The notes under the pieces: model-generated | Seen by the model: the letters and a program-made list of their open reading frames with translations, nothing else | Databases searched by the model: none | What the model was told of the DNA's origin: nothing | Assembly: GCA_051362555.1 (NCBI GenBank) | Contig: CM120641.1 | Coordinates: 46,568,401 to 46,632,400, forward strand | Direction: 5' to 3' | Length of the DNA: 64,000 nt | From: Lingula anatina | Taxonomy: Eukaryota; Animalia; Brachiopoda | Program-made: the position numbers and the translations under genes | In this document: in pieces, positions 14,201 to 25,100 of the stretch | Position numbering within the stretch: the stretch's first letter is position 1 | Layout of the letters: every line of letters begins with the position of its first letter

Positions 14201-16972
14201 TTTTTTCGATGTATGTTTGGAGGAATCTTTTGGGGTACTCTCCCTATCTGATGCTTCCACCAGGGTGAGGATATCATCATCCTGACTTTGAGATTTCCTG
14301 GAATGTTTTCTGTGTTTCACTTTATCAATGTTGTCATTGTCATGGTTACCGGCCTGTTCTAGGAGATGAGCCACATTCCCCAGGTCTGACTTGCTCTTTC
14401 TTCTTCGATGAGGCTCAGTTACAATCTCATCAGAGAATGTCACCCTGGGGCTGCTTTGGCAACTTTTATCAGATTTACAGCGTCGGAGCTTTTCTTTTTG
14501 TATGTCTGCATCATGCAGAGCATCTTCAATTTCTTTTAATGATGAAGGGATTTTGGTTTTTGACAAATGGCTGTCCTGATCATCCAGTGATTTTGACCTA
14601 TGGTGTTGGGACTCCTGTCCAAATAATTTCTGCATTGACTTGTATCCCCTGGGGGAATTACAGTGACCTCTGTCCACTGACTGTCCAGTCTTTGTCATTA
14701 TCTTTGGAACAGTAGGGTTAAGGGCTTGCACATGAATTTCCCATGATGACTGGGGTGAAGCAGTATTGTCAGATGTGCTAGGTGAGACAGCTGCATTGCG
14801 TGGAGATGTTCTCAAGTAAGATTTAACACCAAGATCCATTGATGGACTGTTTAAAGTGTAAGTTTGCCCAAATAGAGTTGGAGACACGGGTCTTAAGCTA
14901 TCAGGGTGGTCTCCATGGGGTCTAGACCCTTTTAAAAGGAATGTGTCTGTATATTGTCTGTCTTTTGCGCAACTCTTTAGATCAAATGTAGAGGTTGATG
15001 TTGTCATGGAAAATGAAGAAGGAAATACCATTTCATCATTTGAGCAATGGTCAGGTACAATACCAGCAATATTAGGTACAGAGCCTCCATATTTTCTTCT
15101 CAGTTTGAACTCCTCAAAACTTGGAATGTGAAATTTAGTCTTCCAGGGGACAAGCCTTTCAGGTTCAGAATTTGACTTACTGAGAGATGACCTGGTTGAC
15201 GATGCCTCGACTAAATCGTTATCAAAACCACGAGGCCATTTCTCAGGTGTTGGCGGTAAACTCTTAGAAACTCCCTCACTAACATTATCCACTAAATCAT
15301 AACTTTTACATTTCCCCTGCTGAGCAAAGAGCTGTCGTTTTGCTGTAGCGGCTGACAGTGTTGAAGGACTCCCGTCTTGGTTGTCACTTGCTGTGGGACT
15401 GGGCCTATTCTGTTGGCTTGTATTCTCACCCACTTTCACATTAGCCACTAGGCTTAACGAAGACTCTGAAAGCGAAATAGGTATTCTACCAGAATACTGA
15501 CTAATTTTTGAACTTTCATTCATGATATGTTTTGATTTCCTTGTGCCATCTACAATTCCTTCTACATCTTTGTCCCCATTTGGCATGATATAGTTCTTGT
15601 TGTCTGGACTGTGAAATAAATCAAGTTGTGTCTGTGTCAGAGGATAATCACCAGTTTGAAAGCCACTTTGTGCAAATTGAGCATTCCTTGATTTGTCTCT
15701 TAAATACTTTGTTATCAAGTCTTCCGTGTTCGAATTGTAAGTAACAACTTGCTCCCTTTTTGACTCAATATTTTTGATTGGTGATGATTCTTTAATGCCA
15801 TATTTCTGCTTGTATTCCTTAAGGTAATCTATTTTGCCAGCTTTTCCTTGTAGATTATCCACCGAAGAAGAGCAATTCTCTTGAGGTTGGCGGTCCTTTG
15901 ATGTTTCATTGATTATAGTAATCTCAGTTGCACCTGACATTTCTAATGTCTGGCAGCTGGGAGACAAATCATCAGTTTCCACAGATAGCGTTTCCGATTT
16001 TTCATTAATATAACTACCATCAGGTTTATTTTCATAATCAATCTGGCCGTTTGGAGACAAAGCAATTTCGGATTCTTCATTCTGTATCGCATCCTTGGGA
16101 ACAGGATATTTACCATTTTGCTCTTGGATATCTATTTCAAATGAGTAAGACTCATCACTTTCCTCCAAGTCTACCTCCAACTCTGCTGCATGCTGTATCC
16201 TAAGCCGCCTCTCCTCTGCAAGTAGCCTCTCCGTCTGTTCTAGCTGTGCCTTTATGCGTTCTGTTATATCTATTTGCTTTAAGGCAGCCATTTTTGTTCT
16301 CTGTTTTATAATGTCGAAGTAGCTGTGTATCTGCCCCTCTGTTCCTCTCGGAGGGGGTTGTTGGTCTGCAGCTTGCACACCATTATTTGAATTATTTTTG
16401 TATATTTCCAATTTAGTATCTGAATTATTTCCATAACTTCCTTTCTTTGAACAATTTGAAGTTTTGGGGTGAGATTGACTCACCCCATTTTGTTCAGATG
16501 TCCTTAGTTTAATTTTCAAAGATCTTTTTTGGCCATGTTTTGAGCTGGAAATTCTTGCTTTATTGTTTGTTGTGGCAGATTTTTTGCTTGAAACCACATC
16601 TCCACAGTCATTTTCTAACTGATTGAACTTTAATTTGCCACAGCATGAAGTGAAATCAAAACTTTTTGTATTTTGCTGCTGACATTCAGAATGAGACTCG
16701 ACAGCCTTCTCTTTTGCTCTTATTTTTCTGTTTTTTCCTTTGCTCTTGTCATGTTTCTGTCGTCTTGATTTGTTCTCAGTCTCAGGGTCCCAGTGAGAGC
16801 TTGTGTTGAGAGCAGTCTGGTGATGTGGATGAAATCTATCATTTGATTGGCTGAATTGGTCGTCTGCTTGGGCCAACACAAGTGAATACCTGTCAATCAG
16901 TTCTTTGCTTGACCATCTGGTCACTTGCTGCTCTGGTACATCAAACCTCACTTGTTTAACTTTTCTTTCTGC
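2211..16972 (-). CDS. Dbl-family Rho guanine nucleotide exchange factor (long disordered N-terminus, CxxC-CxxC motif, DH domain, PH-like C-terminus), about 1,900 aa
   Basis: Phase-consistent GT-AG exons: 16972-13253, 12908-12777 (or 12747), 12196-12040, 11684-11494, 10889-10770, 10356-10273, 9986-9816, 9353-9201, 9030-8947, 8447-8302, 8119-8005, 7778-7686, 7503-7348, 7043-6927, 6681-6583, 2342-2211 (TAA). The spliced protein has DH hallmarks ERKETIQELVDTELSYGRDL, IFINLQELIDIN and LKSFLMVPVQRIMKYPLLL, and ends WRHRRNGLANIMIKNKPKPV. Confidence 0.9.
2416..2622. mobile_element. Small degenerate MITE-like inverted-repeat element
   Basis: Left GTGGACTAAATATGGCCGACC versus right reverse complement GCGGATCAAATATGGCAGACC. 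No clear TSD. Confidence 0.45.
2639..6484. mobile_element. Decayed Kolobok-like DNA transposon in the last RhoGEF intron
   Basis: TTAA on both sides (2635-2638, 6485-6488). Imperfect TIR AGGATGTCTTTCCG / AGGGGCTCTTTCCG (11/14), with RR...YY termini as in Kolobok. Broken spliced gene remnants on both strands: + from ATG about 2928 with exon-like segments at about 3687-3752 and 4106-4300; - segments at about 5671-5598, 5308-5133 and 4886-4341. Confidence 0.65.
3172..3344. mobile_element. hAT-like MITE nested in the Kolobok-like element
   Basis: Left CAGGAGGCGGATTTAG and right CTGGATCCGCCCCTG (a CAGGGGCGGATCCAG-type TIR). TSD eroded. Confidence 0.6.
8503..8700. repeat. 33-bp minisatellite, about 6 copies, intronic
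   Basis: Unit CTCACCCAGCCTCACATAACACAATCAAGACTT; this is the source of the spurious TQPHITQSRLL ORF. Confidence 0.9.
9648..9807. repeat. Degenerate 30-33-bp minisatellite related to the 8503-8700 array
   Basis: About 5 units such as ACTGACCCAACCTCACCTAACGCAATCATCACA and ACTGATTCAGCCTCACCCAACACAATCACCACC. Confidence 0.75.
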
Positions 16973-17855
16973 CTGAAAATGAAAAATTTCCGTCATTTTA
17001 AACAAATCTGTAAAGACATCTTCAGAATTACAGTATTCTCATGGAAAAAAATTAAGTACAGCCAACAGCTGGCCACTGCAAGTGTGTAGCTGACAATATT
17101 TTTGTCTCAATCCCAGATAGCATGTCGCCGGTGGGCCGACGTTGGGCCGCCGACTCCAACTACGTCGGCCCACCAGCTACTGTCGCCGGTGGGCCTACGT
17201 TGGCCTGACCATCGGTCCAACGTTGGCCCACCAGCGACATACAGCTTGAGCGGCCCAACGTCGGCCCACAGGTGACAAGTAGCTGGTGGGCCGACGTAGG
17301 TCCACCGCTTTTATCTATTTTTTTATTTTCTTTATTATTCATTAATTCATTGATTTATTAATTTTTTGATAATTATATTATCATTATTATTGTCATATAT
17401 AATGGACAAAACACAATGTAATATTTCAAGAGTGTTTATTCTTATGTAATATTTCTTCCTTAAAATACAACAACGTGGCAAGTTATAATGGACCTTGAGA
17501 TAAATTTTTTAAAAAAAAACCATAAATTCTATTCCTAAAGTATAGAAAACATAGGTAATCTTCCACTATGAGATGTGGCCTCACCCCCTCCCCAAGCCAT
17601 ACCAGTTACACTTATCTTTCCTTGCAGTTACACTTTTAAAGTAACAAAAAACATTCATCTTACAAATCTTCAAACAACAGCATATATAAAATACTTAAGT
17701 TAACTCCATTCAACACTGTTGCTGTACCCACATGGTAACAAATAATCTGTTTGAATGCATGCGCCTGTAGGTTTAAGCATTTAATAGGGTTAACAAATGG
17801 GAATTATTTTATATAAAATGACCTCCTAACACATCCCAAAGCCATACCAGTCTTA

Positions 17856-18112
17856 GGCTTCGTTCACATGCAATGTCTATTTTCTAAATTCTATTTTCTA
17901 TTCGCGCTATCTTATGATCACGGTCTGTGCACTGAATATCCCGCCGCTTAATTACTGGCAGCGCGAGCCAGTTACTTATAGTAACTTATAGTAACTGGCT
18001 CGCGCTGCCAGTAATTACGTGGCGGGATATTCAGTGCACAGACCGTGATCATAAGACATACCGCAAATAGAAAATAAAATTTAGAAAATAGACATTGCAT
18101 GTGAACGAAGCC
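17856..18112. mobile_element. Palindromic Tourist (PIF/Harbinger) MITE
   Basis: GGCTTCGTTCACATGCAATG...CATTGCATGTGAACGAAGCC with TTA TSD on both sides. Arms of about 120 bp are nearly perfect inverted repeats. Confidence 0.9.
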
Positions 18113-19060
18113 TTATACAGTCTTTACTTGCACTAGTTATTTAATGCAATCATTCACCTCACAAGCTTTCCAACAACAACATCATATAAAATACTTATTT
18201 AACTCTATTCAAAAACTGTTTCTAGTACTGTATCTGGTAAAATATTAATTTGAACGAAACATAAACTGTCATAAACATATGCATATATACCGGTACGTCC
18301 ATTAAGCAGTACAGGGAAATAAATTTTCTTATATTTCCAAAGCCATACCAGTCTAATGCTGTCTTTACTTGCAGCAAATAACACTATGTAGGAACAATAT
18401 TGTTCATGTCACAAAATATACAAACAACAACATAAAAAATTCTAAGTTAACTCTATTCAATACTCTAACTGCAACATATCTGTTTGAAAGAACCAAGCAT
18501 GAGTGCTTTAATTTGTAGTCAGAACAATTTAAACGGTCAAAAACGTCATATACATGTTCATGTAGATCCAAGCACAGTTATTCTATGTCTTCGGCAAATA
18601 TCCCCTAACCTTAATTAATAGTCAATCTTGACTAAGGTATCCAAATTTAATTTCTCAATTAGCATGTAACATGATACATACTTTCAACTCAGGACCAAAA
18701 AAAAAAAAAAAAAAACAGTCTGAATCCTAGGATGATGACACAATTGTCTCTTGCAAAGCCTGGACTCAGTCTTTTTCTGAAATTAACACATTGAAGTGAT
18801 TGCAAGTAATTGTCCATCATATCCCTATTAAACTGAAGTGTTTACATGTAAATTCAACATAAGTAAAAGGATTGGCATGGAGATCAACATCATCAGAATG
18901 AGAATAAACTGATCTATTTAAGAAACCAACTGATACATGTAGTGCAAACATGGAAAAGAATCTTATTTTTGTATTAAAACAGTAATTTCAATTTTTTTAA
19001 TATGTGTTAAAAGAGACAAAAGAAAATAAATATGATTAAATACAAGCATGTAATACATAC

Positions 19061-19179
19061 CAATCTTCTTCAACAATCTTCGCTGCCTTCCTCCCTCCCT
19101 GTCACTGGCATTCTTCAACCACACGTTTTTATGATCCTTTCCGCGTCACTTTCCATTATACCATTTTTTTGGCAGCATC
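19061..19179 (-). pseudogene. Frameshifted exon of an EnSpm accessory gene (DUF4806/BEN-like C-terminus)
   Basis: Exon bounded by ...TTTTTAACAG and G|GTATG. It reads NGIMESDAERIIK(shift)WLKNASDREGGRQRRLLKK; the WLxxAxDRxGGRxxR motif is one I recall from CMC accessory proteins. Confidence 0.55.
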
Positions 19180-22147
19180 TGTTAAAAATAAAACATTTTT
19201 ATATATGGTATATGAGAGCAATGTTAATTTATCATATTCCAGCACTAAAATTTAAACTGTAGATAACAGAGGTGATGCTAGAGTCATTAAAGAAAACATC
19301 ATACAAAATTTCAGGTTATATCTTGGAAAATAAACAACATTTCAACAAGGTCTTCAGTCCCAAAAGATTTCACTTTCTATAGTGAGTAGATAGCATACAA
19401 CGTATTTGATTGACAGGCAGTATGTTGCCTTGACAACGAACTAGATATAGCCAGTTCATCCAGTCCAATCTGGCTTTGAAACCAGGCAGCACAGTAGGCC
19501 TACTTGTGTAGTGTCTGTTTTTGGAAGGGTCTTTATTACTAGAGCACGTAGATTTTTAACTAAATAAATGTTCAGAAGTTAACCTGATATGTGAATAAAT
19601 TTTGTCTGATGAAGTTCTGGAGGGTGTTCACTTTCATAATTTGGCGGTAAGTTTGCTCAGACTTCGTTTTGCGACTGCATGCGTTTTGTGCCAAAAGTAG
19701 GTCACTCTTTTCAATGCCGTCTAGGAAGAGGCAAAAAGAAGTTAGTATGCAACAGAAAATGATTTTTTTAAAGATTTTTGCTCCACATTTCTAAAAAAAC
19801 ATGACCTGTTCGTCGGACAGCCAACCCTGCAACTTCACCTGTCCGAACTGAATTTTACTTGTCCCGTACAGGCGGACAGCCGTTGACGTCGAGCCCTGCT
19901 TAGACACAACAGCACAATCCCTGCAGAACATACCGTTTAATAAAAATATACTTTGTATACAATTTAATTGCACAGTATGCCTACAAGTATTTACATTGTA
20001 TTAAAATATAGACTTACCTTCTTACAATAAGCACAGCACGTACGTCCAACTCGGTGGGAGAGCTGACAGACAACGCAGTCGTCTCGCGACGTCGCCGCAT
20101 GCTTTCGTAACGTGTATCCGTCGCGTGTTGGACGTCATGTGATATTTGGAAGCCAATAAAAATTGCACATTCCGTAACAGGTTAAAAAGACCTTAGAATC
20201 GTCTTCGTCGCTCTGGGGGTAGCGCAATTAAGCAGCCACGTACACAAATTTGGCGTGTATTTAAAATTTGACCGTATAACAACAACGTCGCTGGTGGCCC
20301 GACGGTGGGCCACCGGTGGCTATCGACGAAAAGTAGCGCTCTTTCCGTCGTCGGCCCGCCAACTACACGTCGCTAATGTATAGACAGCGGGCCGACAGCG
20401 GCCAGCTAGCGACGTATCGACGTTATATGCGTAGCTCCAAATCGACGTCGGGCCGACGACGTCATGCTATCTGGGATGTCTTTAAATCTTAGTGGCTTAA
20501 TGTGGAAAACTGCTTGAAAAACACATACATTAACTTCTCCCTAAAGATTCTAGGATCTCTAACTCTCACCACATATATTTCCAATGTACTAGAAATTTCA
20601 ACAAATTCTCTTAATACTTAAATCTTTCATTCCCATCACTCTCCATCTTTCATTGAATAAAACAGGCAGGAGTAGCAATCTATGACCCTAAAGTTTGGGA
20701 GTGTACAAATCTATTCATTTGAAAATGGCAGAACTGGGTCAGACTACACTTCACTGCCTTGTGTACCAGGTCACTGATGTCTGGCACGTACATGAACACT
20801 TATAAACCAGGATGATTGAAAATTATGTTTGCGTTGACAATATTGATGACTGAGTTGTTATCATATGTTGTGCGCTAGGTCCTTTTAGGATATTAGTCAC
20901 TTTCTGTTCCGTTCATTGGGCATGACCAATATGCTAAAAAAATATATAAAAATGCAGTGAACTAGTGCCTCAGCTGGTAGACACAAATAACATAACGACA
21001 AAATCTGTACTATTTTAAATTACAATAATGATTAAAGCCTGTTTTTTTTAAAGTTACAAACCTTCAATAAAATAGTCTTCTTAGATTCTTAAGTTCAAAC
21101 ACCCTTTAAAACGTCTTTGAGAAAAGGCATGTTAAAACTCTGTAAAGAAAATTCATTAAAAAAATTGCAGGTCTGAATCCAAAATCACAATCACAATCTG
21201 TCTGCCATGTCTCTGTGAACTAAGAAAAAAAAATCCAAGCTCACACCTCCCCCGAGTCTTAATGCATCGATCAATCATTCTTCAAACAATGATGAGGCTA
21301 ATATGATTTTTTTTCCTTTTCAAAAAACCCATAAACGTCAGCTGCTGTCATCAAAGCTGACTGGAACAATAAGCAACCCCACTTAGAGAAGAAGAACAGA
21401 AATAAGTTCTAATATAAAACCATAAATATTAAAAAAAAAAAAAAAAATCCTACATTTTGTTGTCTGGAGATCTTGTCTAGAATTTTAATCCACCACAGTT
21501 GGGCAGACTGATAAAGTTCCTCCATTCATAATGGTAATGGCATAACAGAATAAACAAATGTGACACTGAACAAAAGTCGTCAGATCAATAAGAATTGGGG
21601 CTCTCATCCAAATCAAGGGGCTGGCTCAAACTGATTCTTTGTATGATTATATATACTCTGCATCACAAAACATTTAATTAAGACCATGTTAATAGCTCTT
21701 AACCTATTTTGCTCAAGTTTTAAAATCTTAAAAGCTCAAAGAAAAATGATCTAATTTGAAATTAATAGGTTTAATAACATAGGTCTAAATAATGTGTTCA
21801 ACTTCACGTGCCTCACTGCATGAATACTGGTCTACAACTACACAATCTATAATTCAAAATTTTCACACACAGCACACCATTCTACCTCCAGGCATATATA
21901 AGCCCCCTTACGTAATGTTTCATGTTTTCTAAAGAACCGGTTTACTCAACCATTTGGGGTAACCAAATCACGCCCAGATCAATACCATAAGTCCCAATTA
22001 AACTGACAACACTAGGGACCCAGTCAAAAGAGCAAGAAATCAATTCACCATTGATTATCTGACAGTTGTAAAAACATGGTCGGCACAGTGTTTGGTGTGA
22101 TAAAGACATCAAAAGTGTTTTACCTGAAGTTAACTAATTGGCTTGAA

Positions 22148-22183
<36 letters not shown>
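22148..22183. repeat. (AAT)n microsatellite
   Basis: About 12 perfect AAT units. Confidence 0.95.
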
Positions 22184-22185
<2 letters not shown>

Positions 22186-25100
22186 ACAATTGCTTAAATC
22201 TAAAATAAAATCAGTTTTTGAATACAACCAGCTTTGCGGGCAAACTGTTAAAATGAAAACAAAGCTAACAATTAGGAAAGAAAAATTAATTCAGCTGTTG
22301 CCAAACACTTCCTTTATTCTTAAACTGCAGGGGTAAGCATTGACAGCTCCTGTTTCAGATATTCACAATAACAACTGTATGTGAAAACCAGGTCTTGAGT
22401 TGAGGAGTTCAGAATAGACTCCAGGTCCTACAACATTGCATAAACGCCATCAATTTCCTCAATAAAATTCTAGTTAATCAGGTGGAAATCACCACATTAT
22501 TACTTCTTTGAAGTGAGCATTAATGCAAGTTGCATTTGAATCTCATTGAAATTTTACTCAAGCTTGCACATTCAGCAAATGTACTTTCACAAAAAAGTGA
22601 CCCAAGTCGAAGCTTTTTAATGACGCTTTTTACTGAACGTGCACAATTTTCAATGCAGTGAGAAATTAACCAGAAAACTACAGCTGCTGTTTTTTCTACT
22701 GTGCCAAGCATAAAATCTAGACTATAAACTCACACGGCTGAGCAAGTTGATTGTATGAAATGTGTTCATTGTCTGTGTGATCTAGTCATTAATCTTTTAG
22801 TTGCACTACCTGCAGGCCACTATATTGATCAATAAAGTTGAGGAGTGCTAGCTACTCCCTTTAACTTCACCAACTTAATTAATTACTTGCTTTTAATGCA
22901 CAGATATTGCATTAGAGTATTGAAAACTTACGGGCAGATGGGCAGGGGGCTTTATGGGGGGGGGGGGGGGAGGGGGGGGGAGGGGGGGAGAGGTTTTCCA
23001 AAGCACATTTTTCAGTTTTTTCTAACTTAAAAGTTATGAAAGGACTGGCTGCCTTTGGAATGTTAGCGCAAGTTTACTTGACAAATTAATTACTGTAAGA
23101 CTGAACTTGAATTTCCTCAACAAACATCAATAACAACTAATCAACTGTTCAAGCAAGAAATGTGTCAGAACAAATAATATTTCATATCATTTTAGAGATG
23201 GGTGCACATTACCCTCTTGTGTCAATAAATTCCAATCAATTATCAAATAAGAGTCTTGAATGCTAATATTTGTAAGCACCTCCACCAGTTTTATCAAAGG
23301 AAGGTATTCACTAAAAATATTTCTATAATCTTTCCAGAGCTATAATGCTATCATAATTATGGTAACTGTAAATAGTGTATGAAGGTCAAACATGAGCATG
23401 TACAGTATCACAAGCTGAAGTACTAGTTTAGCTCAGCACCAAGTGTCGAATATATGTGGTAAAAAAAAAAAAAAAAAAACAAGATGAAGGACACGATTCC
23501 TGGAAAATGTCACTACATCTCCATGTCCAAAGAAACAGAACTGACATATGTATTCACAAAAGTGGGAAGTTCATTAAATTTCTATGGAAAGCAACAGCAC
23601 TCCTAACATTACAGAAAATAGTATGGCATTTATTTCTCATAAATTATTTTAATCAAAAGGGGGATGGTTATAACTCTATTTTAGAGGAACTCTTTTCTGC
23701 ATGTGTAACTTAAAATTAATACATGTACAACTTGGTAGATGACTGAACCTCAACAGTATCCACACAATCAGAAATATCATCTATACAATACTACATGTAC
23801 CCCAATTCCTGGCTTCCATTTCCTTAATACAATGGAATATATAAATCAATGAAAGAATCTAGGGTAATGTCTATGCATACTGGACAGAAAAAAAAGCCCC
23901 ATTATGTTATTTGTTTCCTGCTGAGTTAATTGCCATCTTCCATTATTAATATACATATATTAGCATTCACTCTCAAGGAGCATTGATTTAAAATGGGTGT
24001 CTATGATTTTCTTTGAAAACATGATGCCACTTTGAGGTTGTGATTTTCAGTATGCTGTAAATGTTACGTACAATTTAGTAAATTTTAAACCTAGAATATA
24101 TGTCATACTTACATGTGGTTGTTACTTATAACTCCCATACATGTATCATAAATGCAAGACATCAGCATCTCGTTATTAATAGTAAAACTCAAGTTCAAGA
24201 ACTGGACATTTCACCTTCTATTCAACTCTGTTGTATTTGCATTGTACACTGCACTGATCTTTAGGACCTTCAGAACCATGTCATGCATACAATCACAACA
24301 ATAACATTTCCCCAAATTTACTCCCTCTTTCAACAAACATTCACATTATATACAGCAATGCCTTTCACTTCAAAGCTGGCCGCCTGGCAGATTGCAAGCT
24401 AGCCACAACAATGGTCACCTAAATTTGAACTCAATAAGTTTGCATTAACACTGTGAACAAGACATAAAGAGACAATCAACAACATGTGTATTGGAATTCA
24501 TTCAACCTCGATAGAATTTTGTGGTGGCTTATTCTTAGGCACAAAATGTATTCAAATGAAATTAATTTTTCACATTCCACCCAACTATTCTTATGATCTG
24601 GCACCAGAAGTATTATAGGCAGTTAGGGGTAATTCTTTAAGATTAACGGTTCTATATTGTTGGGGTCAAGGCTTTTTCCCCAAAGTTGTTCTCTTGAATA
24701 GCATATCATAAAAGTTCAGTAAACAAGTCTATTGTTTTGAAAGTTGGCAAACCAATAATATTATTTTACTCACAAAAGACAATTTTTAAAAAAATATATT
24801 ACTGTTACCTTTAAAATAAAGAACATTATAAAATATATAAAAGTGACTCTTGAATTACATGCACGTACAATCATACTGATTAGACTTACAAAACTTCGAG
24901 CTATGAGTTGCAAGACTGGTCAAAAACATGAAGCCTTAAAGAATGTAGAAACTCTGAAATTAGGAGCACAAATCGAAACATTGTACCTACCGACACACAT
25001 ATTTTGCAGTCTCAGCATGTTTCAATGCACCAAGACCACAAAAAATGCCTGATTTGCTTAATTGCTCCAGTAATTAAATCCACAAACATTACCTTTTAAA

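Larger units (their letters stand above)
17112..20475. mobile_element. Non-autonomous CMC/EnSpm-type DNA transposon (CCCAG termini)
   Basis: TIR CCCAGATAGCATG...CATGCTATCTGGG with a 2-bp TSD AT/AT. Arrays of GGGCCGACG/GGCCCA subterminal motifs at both ends. Three internal degenerate repeats of about 243 bp (CCAAAGCCATACCAG at about 17591, 17836, 18337). Confidence 0.85.

Noticed and set aside
16973-17005. N-terminus MFKMTEIFHFQ of the 1259-aa ORF
   Set aside because: It overlaps a polypyrimidine tract and TTTCAG acceptor, so it is most likely intronic read-through.
22941-22993. G-rich tract as a functional G-quadruplex
   Set aside because: Simple poly-G low-complexity sequence like others in the window; no supporting context.
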